In this document: positions 10,701 through 23,132 of the stretch, piece by piece
Layout: each line of letters opens with the position of its first letter
How positions within the stretch are numbered: position 1 is the stretch's first letter
NCBI GenBank assembly: GCA_036172245.1
Contig: JAYWIR010000008.1
Span: forward strand, 496,001-560,000
DNA: 64,000 bases
Reading direction: 5' to 3'
Source: Raillietiella orientalis
Taxonomy: Eukaryota
Program-made: the position numbers and the translations under genes
Notes under the pieces: generated by a model
Told to the model about the DNA's origin: nothing
Seen by the model: the letters and a program-made list of their open reading frames with translations, nothing else
Databases searched by the model: none

Positions 10701-13700
10701 GGCCCCACTACGGCCAATACATCAATGGACACGCGCACGTCGCGCGCCTCCTCCCAGATGAGTCCGGTGAGATGCGTTTGACGCCGTCCTCCCGGCCAGG
10801 CAGCGGATGGCAGGCCTCGTGATGCCCTGGGTGTTGTCGCACGGCACCTTGCGGTGGCTCTTGGCGCCTCCTTTCCCGGGGTTCTTGCCTCCTTTGCCTT
10901 GTCCGCTCGTGCTTCCCGGTTGGGTAGTGGTTTTCGCTGGCTCGCAAGCTGGCTGGCTCGTGCGCGCGCGGGGGGGGGAGGGAGGGAGGAGCGACGCGTG
11001 CGTACCGACCGTCTTGCGCTCCGGGACCGGGTGAGTAACCGTCTCTTCGATGCATGCATGGGAATGCTGCCGCCATTAGCGACGGTGAAGCGCTCGTTCC
11101 TTCGGACAGCGGAAGATCACCCTGCGGATGAAGCCCGCCTTTCCTCAAAGTGGCCGCCTCGGCCGCCCATCGCCTATCCCTGGATGGCCTCGCCTTGATT
11201 TCGCCGGACAACGGGCCACCGCCTAGAGTGCTCCTCACAGGATCTGATTTTGCGGACAGGAAACGCGTGTGGAAGGTCTTCTTTGGTGGGCGCATCTTAA
11301 GGCAGAGAGAATTGCTTCCAGCTGCACAGTGGGCAGGACGGACGACCTCGGTTCAAGGTGAGGGGAAGGAGGGAAACAAGTTGCAGTAGCTTGCAGCGCA
11401 TCACGTGGATAGATCGCCCAGGGAATCCGAGTGTGCCTCTGGCCCGAGGTCGAGGGAGCGGTGGCAGGAAACACCTTCAAGAGGGAGGGAGGGAGGTGGG
11501 CGAAGCGGATATCATGCCACGCGTTCCGGACGCTCCCGCCACGGCCGGGCAGAAGTGCCGGAGGTGGGCGGGAGCGCCGGGAACCAGGAATCGGTTGCCT
11601 TCTGGCTGCTGGAGTGGCCTTCGCCACCACGCGGCGCCGCATCCGACCCTACGTGCCCTGCGCCGCCGTGACCACTGGGGAAACGGAGAGAAGGAGGAAG
11701 CTCGGTTTCCATGCTGCCCTCGATCGAGAAGCGGGGCGTTTTTCCAGGGACGGAAAGTTCCCGGTTCCCTTCACTTCCTGGTGTCCGGATTCGAGGCGCA
11801 GCACAGCACCTCCGCGGTCGCCGCCCTGCGCTCCTTCGGACGTGCTTCGGGAGGGACTCGCGTTGCTGTTGTTGCCTCGGCGAACGGTTTTCTTCTTCCT
11901 CTTTATTTCGCCTCCAGGGCGAGTGCGAGGGGGAGAGGGAGACCGACGCTCGGCTCAGGCTCTCCCCAGTCGTTCTCTTCGAGCGCGTCGAGCTCACCGC
12001 CAGGGCAACCTCCCTACCCCCGCACACACATTCTCGGTGGAATCTTTCCGATAACGAAACTGACGAAGAATCCGAGGCGACTCCCATCCGAGCGGCTCGT
12101 GCCAAGTGGAGAGGGGGGATCGCGAGTGGTGCCCGGATGCTCCTCGCGCGCGCTGCCACTCCGTGGGGGAGGTGGCCATAGAATCCTCCTCCCCCTTCCC
12201 GTTCGTCAGGCTTCCGCGTGCTGGTGGGTTCCGCGGTCGCCGCAGGCGAAAACCCACTCGGGAAGAGGAGTCCGCTAATAGTTCAGCTCCTAGATCCGAA
12301 CGTGCTGACGCAATCCGCCTCCAATCGCTCATGCGGATGCTGCAGGAAAAAGCATCCTGCAGCCTGCGTCTCTCTCCTTCTCCTCCTTTGTGCAGCTTTC
12401 CACTCTGACCCGGTGGAAGGTCAAAGCTCAAAGGCGGAGGAACGGCCGCCGCCGCTGCTGGTCGTCCGCCGCCCCGGGGGCGTCTGCCTGCGTCTCGCAG
12501 TCGGCCGCGGCGTGCGGAAGGGAACGCGGGGAGACGAGCGAGGCGGAAGAGCGGCTGCCGCAGCCATCCGGGAAGCGGCGACTGCGGGGGAGTCGCCCTG
12601 CGCCCCCGCCCCCTCCGGACGTCGTCATCCCCCGCCTGATCTGCGAAGGACGCGCCGAGCGCTTCCGGCGGAAAAGGTAAGCGCCCTCCCTCCTTTCCCG
12701 GGCGTCCCCTGGGTCCTCTCGCCGGGGTGCCCCTTCCTCTTTGCCCTCCCTCCAGAAAAAGAAGGGCGCTCCGAGGAGCGCCTTCTCCGAGCGCCGCACT
12801 AGGACTGTATGTGCTCCCGTCCCGCTCCAACTCTCCCCTTTCCCCCCGTGTTCCTTACGTTTCTCCCCCGAGACGGAGCGCAGAGTCCGGTAGCCGGCGG
12901 TGGCGGACATCGCTCCGATGACCTTCGGACCGCAAGAGGCATGGCGCTCACCGCCGCCGCCATGCCGCGTGCTCTCCCCTCCGGGTGGAGGAGGCGATCG
13001 GGAAAGAGCTCTCGCCGACGGCTGACGGCAGAGCCTGCTCGCGGCGAGCGGAGGAAGCTCGCATCTCCCTCCTCCCGCCGAGGAATGCCGAGGAGCAGGC
13101 GGGGCGGGCGTCCACCACGGAAGGGAAGCGAAGAGGGGGAGGGCGCCTTTCCACGGAGGTCCGTGGGGGCAACAGTCTTTTCCTTCCCGTTCGTCAACCT
13201 TCCCGCCCAGCTGCGCGCGCGACAGTGGCACTCAGGAGCGTCGCATCGCCGCAGTTTCCATGGGAACAAACAGGCAGCACCCTCCCCGCGCTCGAGTACG
13301 TCCTGGTGAAGGCAGAAGCACTCGTCAGGCATCTACTTGGTGACGGCGGTGGGAAGGAAGGGGGAGAGGGAGGGAGGGAGGGAGGAACTGGGAGCGCCAG
13401 TTCCGGAAACTGCCCACTGGGTCACACCACTTTTCCTCCCTGTCTCGCAGCAGGGAGGGAAAGACGCGCATCCACCGAGGAGGAAAAAAGGGGCGTCGGG
13501 AAGGACCGCGCGGGAAGCTTTCCGTGGATTCCTTTTTCCAGGGTCGCACCTGGGAGCGAGCGAGATGGATGCTGCAGGCACGAGAACGCGCAGGGACGAC
13601 TGGCTCCCAGGGCGCAGTTTGCGCAGCTCTCGATACGCATCAGCAGGACGCCATGTGACTCCCACCCCGTGTAGATCCTCTTCGTTCCAGAGAGCCGCAT

Positions 13701-14059
13701 ATCGCTCCCGGACAGATTCAGGAAGTGAGGAAGGAGCGCCACCTTCGCCAGGGTGATCGCCGCATCCGTGCCGCTCCTCTCCTCTGCCGCCGTTGACTCC
13801 GTCATCTTCAGAGAGTAAGCAGCGTGCGCCGCGAGGGATGATTCCCGCGGAGCTCGATCCTGGAGCCTCGGACGAGAAGGGACCGACGGCGACCTGTTTC
13901 TGCGCCCGACCCGAGCGCGCGGGGGCCGCAACAAGCGTTCCTGTTAGGAAACAGGATTTTGCGCTCCCGGGAACCTCCTACGCCTCGCGTCTCCCGACCG
14001 CTCACCTACCGATAAGAGGGAAGCAGAGGAGGGAGGAGGGGGGAGAGCGGCCGTAGCGA

Positions 14060-14160
14060 CGCAGCCCTCCCAGCCGAGTCCGCCCCTTCCTAGCAAGATT
14101 CGGGCGCTGCCACTTCCAGGGCGCCGCCTCCGTCCGCGAGCACTTCCGGCCTCCTCCTCT
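14060..14160. promoter_or_regulatory. Candidate CpG-island promoter upstream of MGAT3
   Basis: GC box CCGCCCC (14080-14086) and ETS-type CACTTCC(GG) at 14111 and 14141 in very CpG-dense DNA ~450 bp upstream of the MGAT3 ATG. Confidence 0.35.
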
Positions 14161-14598
14161 TCCTCCTCCCTCGCCGCCGCCGCCTCCGCTCTCCTGCAGA
14201 GAAGACGAGGGAAGGGGAGGTCCGCGAGATGTCAGCGGTCACCAACAAAGCGGTCTCCCTCTGCTCCCCCCCGTTGGTGCGCAGGCGAGGACTGCACGAC
14301 GCCCCCGAGTGTGTGCTACTTTTGCGCGAGCGGGCTGGGACTTCTTGCGATCCCCTTCCTCCAGGAAAAGAGAAGTGTTTCTTTCCCCCGTAGCGCGTGC
14401 AAGAACGGCAGAGCGAGCGGCGCTACCCGCTGCTTGGCCCGCACCTTCAGCGGGCGAGGGGCATCTTCCCGAGATCCCACCGGCCGCAGCGCGCCAGCTC
14501 TCCTTCCCCTCCCCAACCCCTTCTTTCCCCATCCCGCTTCCTTGGCATCCTCGAGCGAGAAGTAGCGGCGCTCTTGGTTCTTGCAGGCTGGATCGCCC

Positions 14599-15897
14599 AT
14601 GAGGAAGCATCTCGTCCTATTCCTGATCTTTTCCGGGAACTCCATGCTCCTGCTGCTGGTGCTCTACACGAACGTGGAGAGTCCTCCCTCGTGGGCATGG
14701 GCGCGAAGGCGGCGTCTCGAGAACGCTTCCAGGAGCGAGTGGGATTGCAGCGTCCCCGTGCTCCTGAGAGAAGACCCGACGACCTACTTCTTGCAGGCGG
14801 GTAACGCCACGTGCTTCAAGGGAGGTCTTCTGCGGCACCCGTCCAACGGCACGGGTGCCTGCGAGTGCAACGAGGGCTACTTCGGGAACGACTGCGGCAT
14901 CCCATCGGTAGTGTGGTTCTCAATGGGCAACGAGCTGGCTCGCAGCTCCGCACTGAGAAGACGCCAGAGGCCCCGCAGAATCGTGCAGGGGAGCCCCGTA
15001 AACCACGAGGTCTCCATGTTCACAGTGAAGCTCGCGGAAATCGGGGATGTGGTGGACCTCTTCCTGCTGGGGGAATCCAACTACTCGGTTGAGGGCTCGC
15101 CGAAGGGCACCGTGTTCCTGGACTTGCTTCGAGACGGGACCCTGGACGCCCGCCGGCACAGAATCCTGCACGTGTTCCAGGACCACTACCCGGAGGCGGG
15201 TCTCACGGACGGCTGGTACGCGGACAGCTACGCCCGAAACCACATGTTCCGCGAAGGGCTGAAGTGTCTCGCTAACGTCCGGGAAGACGACCTGTTCCTT
15301 CTGCTGGACGCCGACGAGATCCCCAGCAAGGAGGTTCTGCTCTTCCTCAAGCTGTACGACGGCTACCCGTTCCCGGTGCGCCTCTCCCTCAGGTGGACCA
15401 TCTTCGGGTACTTCTGGGGTTCGAAACCCGTGGCAATCACCACCGTGACCGCGGTCACCACCTTCCAAAACATGGCTGCAAAGTACGATTCCGAGGCCAT
15501 CCGACTCAGGGGAAGCCTCGGTTGCCTCAGCGGCCCTCTGGACAAACCCGACCCTTCCCTCGATCAGCCCTGGTGCATCGGCAGCGAGACGCTTCCTGCC
15601 GGGTTCCACTGCTCCTGGTGCTCTTCCGTGGAGGGCATCATCAAGAAGTTGCTCCACGCCAACCGGGAAGACAAGCCCCGCTGGGGAGACGACCCTCAGA
15701 AGCTGGAACCCGCCTACATCCGCTCGCTGATATCCAAGGGGCAGTGGTTCGACGACCAGTCGTTCTTCGCGTTCAGGGAGTTCGTCAATGACACTACCTA
15801 CGCTCCCGCGCACGTGCTCAGGAACGCGAACAAGTACGCCTGCCTCCTGTTCCTGAACCACAAGAACTGCCCCAGGGAAACGGAAGACTCCCTTTAG
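14599..15897 (+). CDS. MGAT3: Beta-1,4-mannosyl-glycoprotein 4-beta-N-acetylglucosaminyltransferase (GnT-III, GT17), intronless CDS, 432 aa
   Basis: Type II membrane anchor (HLVLFLIFSGNSMLLLLVLY), EGF-like CECNEGYFGNDCG, then GT17 motifs RRIV..VNHE, DVVDLFLLGESNY, DDLFLLLDADEIP (DxD), FLKLYDGYP, AGFHCSWC and DKPRWGD. First ATG is 14599; the ORF track start at 14581 is a TTG. Confidence 0.93.
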   Translation: MRKHLVLFLIFSGNSMLLLLVLYTNVESPPSWAWARRRRLENASRSEWDCSVPVLLREDPTTYFLQAGNATCFKGGLLRHPSNGTGACECNEGYFGNDCGIPSVVWFSMGNELARSSALRRRQRPRRIVQGSPVNHEVSMFTVKLAEIGDVVDLFLLGESNYSVEGSPKGTVFLDLLRDGTLDARRHRILHVFQDHYPEAGLTDGWYADSYARNHMFREGLKCLANVREDDLFLLLDADEIPSKEVLLFLKLYDGYPFPVRLSLRWTIFGYFWGSKPVAITTVTAVTTFQNMAAKYDSEAIRLRGSLGCLSGPLDKPDPSLDQPWCIGSETLPAGFHCSWCSSVEGIIKKLLHANREDKPRWGDDPQKLEPAYIRSLISKGQWFDDQSFFAFREFVNDTTYAPAHVLRNANKYACLLFLNHKNCPRETEDSL

Positions 15898-16989
15898 TCG
15901 TCACTTGACCTACCACACCCGCAAACTGCGCCGCGCTCCTGCCGAGAGCAAACGGGACGTGCCCCCCCCCCCTCGTTCCTGAACCCCCTTCCTTTCCCCA
16001 TAAAAAAAAGGGCCGCTCCACGCGCGTCCCTGATCTGTTGCCGCATCTTCTGGCAGCCGCACGCATTTAGTGAAGAAAAAAGCCATCGTTCACGAATCAC
16101 CTTCTCCGGTGTGCATTGGCGACAGTGCAGCTTCCCCTGGATACCGCGTCTCTGGGCTGCGCGGAAGTGGCGAGGAGCGCGCCGGCATACGCCGGGAGGA
16201 GCCGCCCTGCTGTCAGGCGCGTGGCTTTTCCCCATTCGCGGGTGTCCGCGACTGGGATGGCAGAATCCGCGCACATACTGCGTCTCTCCGCTCACGGTCC
16301 CTAAACGCAGCAGCAGCTCCAGAGAGAGAGAGAGAGCGCCCGATGAGACCGCCAAGAGGCGAGGAGAAGCCTGGAGACGCTGCGCGAACTACCCGTGAAT
16401 GCGCGGGGAACGAGAGAGCGACGCCGATCTCCTCTCGAAAGGATGTGACGCCGTCGCCCGGCACGTGAGTCACGGGTGACTCCAGTCTCGAGCAGCGATT
16501 GCCGGCCTTGTTCTGGTGTCATCCTTATCTTCGGAGAGGCAGCTGGCGCGCGGTTGGATCGGCGCTGCGGGGAGGCCAGCGTCACGGCCGATCCATCCTT
16601 CGCGGTGAAGGCCCCGGGTGGGAGCGTGTCCTACGAAATCAGCGCTGCTCCCGGCGCTGGTTTCGTAGGACCGAGGATGCAGACCCTACAACGCCCGTTC
16701 CTCAAGCGAGCAGGGTAGCGGCGTTCTTCGCGGAAGTCGAAAGCTGAGGTTCCCGTGGATAGGGGTCTGACCCTCGAACGCCGACATCTGGGTCGGTGCC
16801 GAGGATGCAAGCGGCGTTTGCCACTCAGTGGGAAGCGCTCCAGGCGGCCGCCGCATGCAAGCCTATTGTGGTAAGCTTGGCCCGCGTCGAAGTAGCCGCG
16901 TCGGGTCTTCGCTGCCCGTAGACGAAGAAGACAGCAAATGCTGCGAGGTCTCAAGCTGCTGCGGACGCTGCTTCCGAGACAAGGGTCAA

Positions 16990-17760
16990 ACGGTGCGAGG
17001 ACATGGGACCCTCCCTTCTTCCGTAGACAGAAGATACTTTGAGGCTCCAGAAGACGCGCCAAAGATAGATGTCCTCCAGCAATGTTGCCAGGTCCAGCTC
17101 TCCAGTGGGGAGACCTCTCGGAATCTCCCGGGAAGGGAGAATTTTGTCACGTGGAGCACTGCGTCGCTAAAAGACCTCATTCGAGCGACCGAAATTCGAG
17201 GACCCACGTTTAAGGAAGGCGCCTCTTTCGATTTTCTAGGAGCTAAGAGGCACCTTGAGGATTCTACGGCAAGTGGCAGCAGTCTTAGGAATCTTCGATC
17301 ATCCGTGGGGAGATGGGGATCGTGTTCACGCGATTCCTGGAACCTGCATCCCCTGTCAGGATCCTCACTCGGAGTGCGCAGTAGCACCACGTCCTTAGCA
17401 CCTGTTTTGGGATACCCTCCCCACTTTTCCAGCTTGTTCAAAGTCTGGACCAAGGTAGCTCCCCACTGCTCCTCCCCTCTGCCCTTCGGGAGGCAGCCGC
17501 TGTTCGAATTTTCGGACGAGAAGAGCGCTTGTGGAACCAGGAAGACTGCAAGTTGCGCGCACCCTGCAAGGCGTGCCACTGCCTTTCCGGCGACTGGTCG
17601 TCGGAGCTTCGTGGGCGCTTCCAACGCAGGGTGAAGGTGACGGAGAACGATCGTATCCTTCGGCGATTCGCCAAAACCTGAAGAACCCTGGCTGCTGCAT
17701 CGGGAGAGCACTGAAACCCCCGTTCGTAGTCTGCCGTAGCTTAGACGCTGCACTTCTGCC
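16990..17760 (-). mobile_element. Decayed Gypsy integrase C-terminal fragment
   Basis: SLNVGPRISV...KFSLPGRFREV resembles the L.VGD.V....KL...W.GPF.V (GPY/F) region; otherwise degenerate. Confidence 0.25.
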
Positions 17761-17939
17761 CAGCCCCTTTGGTTGCTGCATTAAGCAGATGCCTGATTGG
17801 TGTTGCGGGGAGTCCAGATTCAGGCGTGCCAGACGACTCTGTGTACGCAGCGGAAGGAGGCGATCAGCGGGCTTTTTCTCGTTTGCATAATGAGGCGCAC
17901 GCGCAGTTCGGCGCTTCCAGAAGCCATGGCCCTCTCTCG

Positions 17940-18007
17940 CTGGCTGATGTCGGAGGGGCTTTTGGGTCTCCTCTCGCAAACCCGAAAGCGCCTCCGACAT
18001 CAGCCAG
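17940..18007. repeat. 68-nt inverted repeat / long hairpin
   Basis: CTGGCTGATGTCGGAGG (17940-17956) is the exact reverse complement of CCTCCGACATCAGCCAG (17991-18007). The stem continues inward (GGCTTTTGGGT/ACCCGAAAGCG, one mismatch and one G-U) to a 12-nt loop. Confidence 0.9.
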
Positions 18008-21000
18008 AGCACCGGAGAGTCCTCGATCATTAAGTCTTCGTTCTTGCGACTGCGTGGATTTGCAGCCGGTCACGCTGGGACGTTGAACCGCAAGTCAAGA
18101 GAACAGCGTTCCCTTAATACAAAAATATGCCAAAGAAAAAAAACAAGGCACAGTTCTTTGGAGATGGCCACTGGCGCGCAGGCCGACTTTTAGAGAAATC
18201 CGGAACGATAGGGGCAGACTACGCGAACCACCTGTGCATGCGTCATCCTTATCTTTGGACCTTCCGCTGTAAATTCTCGCCCTGAGGGCAGGCGAACTCC
18301 CAAGACGAACTCTCACCGGCACTCGGGCAGGCTTTTAGAGAAGTTCGGAACGATAAGGAGGGGATAATAATAATAAAAAAAAAAAAAGTAAAAAGAAACA
18401 GGAGGGCAGAGACTTTGGTATGGAACGCTCTTCGTCCCTAAAATAGGTTCCGCTATGGTGGCGACCTCCCTAGCGACTTCATATTTCGGGTGAGGCCACC
18501 TTGCAGTCGTGCTCATCAAGGCGGCTGCCATGCTGGTGGCCTCCCTTCGCTGCGAACGAGGCCTCACCATGGAACGGGCTGTGAGGATGGAGAGGATTCA
18601 ACAGACCGTTGCGATCGTGGCGCCCGCCCTCAGCCTGCCCTCAGTGAAGAAGCGCCATAGGAAGTCCGGGTAGCGGGCGGAGCGCCGAAAAGAGTGTGCA
18701 CCACGTGCCTTCCAGGATGCTGTAGTGCAACGGGAGTTGTGGGAACGATTCCATCGCCTGCACCTGAAACAGCTGGTGGAGGCAGCTCTCCCGGAAACCA
18801 GGTGTCTACGATGCAAGCATCGTAGACACCTGGGCTGGAAGAACATGCCGTTCCTACCGGAGCCGGAACACGGAGGTGTCCACATGCAGGGAAGGAACCC
18901 CGAGTTCTTCGGAGAGCACACCAAGCAGGTTACTCAACCGACAGAGTCTCTCTGCCCAGAAACGAGAAGGGGCGGCGTTCATCAATGGAGGCGTCCTGCA
19001 TCTCACAATCCGTCGCGGCTAGATTGCGTTGATGAGTTTCTCTCTACTCCTGCAGTAGTGCAGGAGAGCTTTCATCCCGCCGGTTGGCTGCCGTCACTGT
19101 TTGCCCTGAGGGCAGAGAGTGCTGCAGCAAGGAGTATCAAGACTATCCAGGATCATTGGGTGCAGTTCTGCGGGATATCTCCTAGTGGTTCTCACGAGTA
19201 TTTTCGCAGCGGACGGAAGTCCCTCTGGACGCGCTTCCAGAGTGGCGATCCAGGACTCCAGTGCCCTCCCGTCGCCAGGCGTTCCAGTTTTGAGGGCGGC
19301 AGGAGATCCGAAGCAGGGATTTCAGCAACGTCGACAGTTGCCTTAAAGGAAACCCGAGTCCTGACATCCTGTGTCGGCAGCACGCTAGCAGCCAAGGAAG
19401 TCCTGCACTCTCAGCGCATCGCCGGAAGATGTGGCATGCCGGAGCACACCAGCAAGAAGTCCACAGTTTGGCACAAAGTGCCAAAATTCGGAACTGCACC
19501 TGCAGTCTGATCTCGTGGATGATCAAGCGGGCGTCCTGTCGCGGCACCACCGAGTCTTTAAGTCAGATCCGGAACCTTGCAGCCCCCCACAGGACTTTTC
19601 TCAGGAGGCGCTGCGCCTGGATCTTCCCCGAATAAGGAGACGGGTAAAGAGAAAGCAAGAGGCGGAGGAGGAGAGCAACGAAGGTGTTCCAGGTGGGGAC
19701 CCGCTATAGTAAGACGAACTGAGCTGATGGTCGAGAGAGATAGAGGAAGGTTTCTTGGGAAACAGTTCCCGAATGAGGTCATGTGTTCTTGCAGGCTGCA
19801 GTTTCGTGCTGCTGTTAAATCGAATCACCCAAATTCCGAATTTCTACTTCTCCGGGTGAGTCGATAGTGTGGAAGGAAACGGCGGGCGCAGTTCCACGGG
19901 ATTCTTTGGCGGCGACCCTCGGTTCAATGGCGTTTTTTTTTTCTTCCGAAGAACGCTGAAGAAATGATCGATTAGTATCTTCACTCAGCCGGAATGTCCG
20001 ATTGAAGGAGTAGCCGATGTCTTAGATCAAATAATCCTCGTGTTGCGGTCGATCGAGAGCAACGTGGAATCCAGGAAGAGCAGCAACTTTTGACTTTCGA
20101 GTTTTCGACTCCAACTGAATCCTGCGGCTTTGCTGCATGCCGTCGCACGTGACCTCCGAAACAACTGATCTTGGCGCTCCCATGCACAACCGTTTTTTAC
20201 ATATTGACTCAAGATGGGAGCAACTGCTGATCGATAGCGATGAGCCAAAGTATGGTATATTGTTCCCTCTTTGCCTCGTTACCCTTGCAGCTCTCACTCC
20301 CGCATCACTTTCCTACGGGGAGGGGTGGGGGGGTACTTGAGAGATTCGTTCGTTCGTTTCACTTTCGTGTCGAGAATTTCGGAAGAGCATTGGGCATCTT
20401 GTAGCCAGCTGCCGTGCCTCCGGCCGAATCCTCAAATGTGCCTTCATGATACTCCAGTCTGATGCTCCCCACGCTCTTGGGTTCGGATCAGTGGAGTCCA
20501 GTCTACCGACAAAACTGCGATAAGGAAGCGACTTGTCGTCCTTATCTCCTGCTTCGAAGTCCATGTGACTTTCTCTTTGAAGGGCGAAGATTTCGCTGTA
20601 AGATTTCTCAAGTCCTCAGATCCATTTCTCCCTGGTGTTTTGGAAACGACATTTCTTAGAGCGTCATTCTCTTCCGATCAAATCGGTGCTGTCTCTCCTG
20701 GCACGCTCTTGATTCCTGCCGCCTACGTGAGGCCACGTTCACCATTGGGTGCTGCTTGCGAGCACCGTTCGGCGCACCTTGGGAGTTACAAATGGCCCCA
20801 TTCAACCTACCAATACAGAACAGCATTCGATATGTCCCTGGAAGAAAGGATGTTGTCGACTTACCAACAACTGAGGTCACTTGGAGCTGTTCTGTACTCC
20901 AAGAAGAAAAGTCGGCTGCGGATCCGTAGCGCTTTGGGTAGGCTCACGCGCAAGCGCCAAGGGAGCTGAAGGTCCCGCAGGTGATCGTCTTTCCGTGTGA

Positions 21001-23132
21001 AAACCTTTTAGGAGGAGGAGAGAAGCAGACGAAATTCTCAGACGAGGACGGAGCACTGCGTGAAATCGAGTAACCTGTGGGTGCTTCCTGGATGCAGCGT
21101 GGGGCAAGAAAGAAAGCAAGGGAGAGATGGCAGCACCCGCAGATCCGCTGAGGTCAAGCCAGCACGAAGAGCGCCAATGCAGGGAGGGAAGTGCGGGAAC
21201 CGAAGCTCCTACTGTTGCGGAATCGCATGGTCTTCTCTTCGCGAGCCGGGGCGTTCACACGGCGAGGACGCACTTGCTGTGGCGTATCGGGAGCTTCCTT
21301 ATCTCCTTGTGATGTTCTCGACGTGAGTGGAACCTTCGCCCCCTCCCCCCTACATGGCGTGTACCGCTGAGTGCTTCCGGCCTCCTGGTTTCGGTTAGCA
21401 TGCCTCGCGCGCCCCGAAAGGAGGCTTACCCTTTCCGACTGCTTTGCTCAGAATCACCCCACGAGATGCTGTCAGCAGTTTCGGGATGAGCGCCTTGTTT
21501 CCTGGTTGTCCATCCGCAAGATCTTCAGAGGATATTTTCTGAGCCCCGTGTTGTAAGGCTTCTCCGGATACGGCTAGGACGCAGCGGAAAGCGCCGAAGG
21601 CGCTTCGGCCACGCCCGCTCTCGACCGCACGGAATTCTGTCAGCTCGGAGACGCCTCGAGAGCGAAGAAGCGCGACCCGAAGAAGATGCGCCGACCTAAC
21701 TGGAGTCTGAGGAAGCGGGACCGTGCCACAAACGTCACGCCCTGCCGGGCGAGGGGAAGCGACTGGCCGGACCGCAGCAGGCGGGAGCCACAGAGAGTGG
21801 ACGGATCGACGTCCTGGTTATCCACCAGCAGCCGACTTTCCTCTCCTAGCTCTTCACCGGGAAATGCGGGGAGCGATCCCGCAGGGATTGCTCTGCGGCT
21901 TTTCCACCCGCGACCCGAGGTGACCTCCGGATGGCCTGGCAGGGGTCTCGGAATGCTCCCGAGAGAGTGAACCGAAAGCACGCCGTGCATTGGCTTCCGA
22001 GCGTCTACAGAGGTGGCGTAGTGTGCTTCTTCTGGAGTGCACCGTCACCGGAGGACGGCGGTGCGCGCCAGAAGGCAGGAACTCCTCTGTCCCCATAGTT
22101 GGGTGCGGGCTCGACGCTTGAGCGCCATTTATTTTCAATTGTGAGGACAGCACCATCCATTTTTAGAATCAGCCGCTTCGGCAGCTGAGTCGTTGCCGAC
22201 ACTCTGAGGAGTGTCGGCAACGACTTCCATGAACACCGTCCAGCCGTCCGTAGCAACCAACAGCTTCCATGGGATCCGATGTGCGCCATCGCACAGGGCG
22301 CCGTAACGGTACCGCTGCGGGTGCGCTCCGACGGACAGCTCCGGGCGAACGGCTCCGAGACGGTTGCCCGCAGGCGGAACTTCCCGGTTTGGGGCTCACG
22401 ATCGGACGCTAGCGCCCGCTCGCCCTCCCGCGGACCACGACGCGCACTTCCTAGCCTCCACCTTCCACGCTCTGGGGGACTCACCCGGCTGCTTTGCGTC
22501 TCTCCACGACAGGGAGAAGGTCCAATGTCCACTCCGGCGCATCTCAGCTCGCACGCTGGAGCCACTCGGAGTGGGCGGATGCTGCTTGGGTGTGCCTGCC
22601 AACCCGTGGGGTCGGTCAAAGGGAAACGAAGAAGGAAGCAGCCGGTCGGACAGGAGAGGAAATCATCTGGAAGGCCGCGCGCAGCTTCCGAAAGTGAAAC
22701 CTCCCAGTCCCTTCGGGGGTTGCATCCTGCATTCCTTCCAACCTTCATCCCCCCTTTCTACTCCCGCGCGTGCTGTGAGTGGGACGCGATGAATCCCCGA
22801 GACCTCAGCTCCTCTTGCGCAGCATCCATGCTCTGGAGAGGGCCATCCAGAAACTTTTGAGTCAATGCGCTCATCCGGTGAAGCAACCGCGCTCTTGGTT
22901 CCTGAGTTGACAGCGTCTTTATTTCTTCCCCTGATCTTTCTAGCACACCCCTCGAGGATGGAAGCATCCTTCTCTGAAGCTGCTGCCTTCCTTCGTAAAA
23001 GCCGCGACCCCAGGGTTTCGACGTCGGCTGCTCTCCAGCGCCCCGCAAGGTCAAATGGTGGGCGTTCCGGCACCCTCAGCAAGAGCGTGGGCGATGATGG
23101 CATCTCGGAAGAGCAATTGGGTAAATGCGACT

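Noticed and set aside
12760..12802. GC hairpin followed by CTAG (Helitron 3' end-like)
   Set aside because: Not followed by T, no 5' TC end or Rep/Hel remnant found; short hairpins are common in GC-rich DNA.
10800..14000. Many overlapping 150-300 aa ORFs in all six frames
   Set aside because: Explained by stop-codon scarcity in CpG-island DNA; no recognisable protein motifs.
14920..15861. 313-aa minus-strand ORF
   Set aside because: Antisense shadow of the GC3-rich MGAT3 CDS.
20190..20360. hAT dimerisation-like fragment (EPKYGILFPLCLVTLAALTPAS)
   Set aside because: Similarity too short and weak to support a call.
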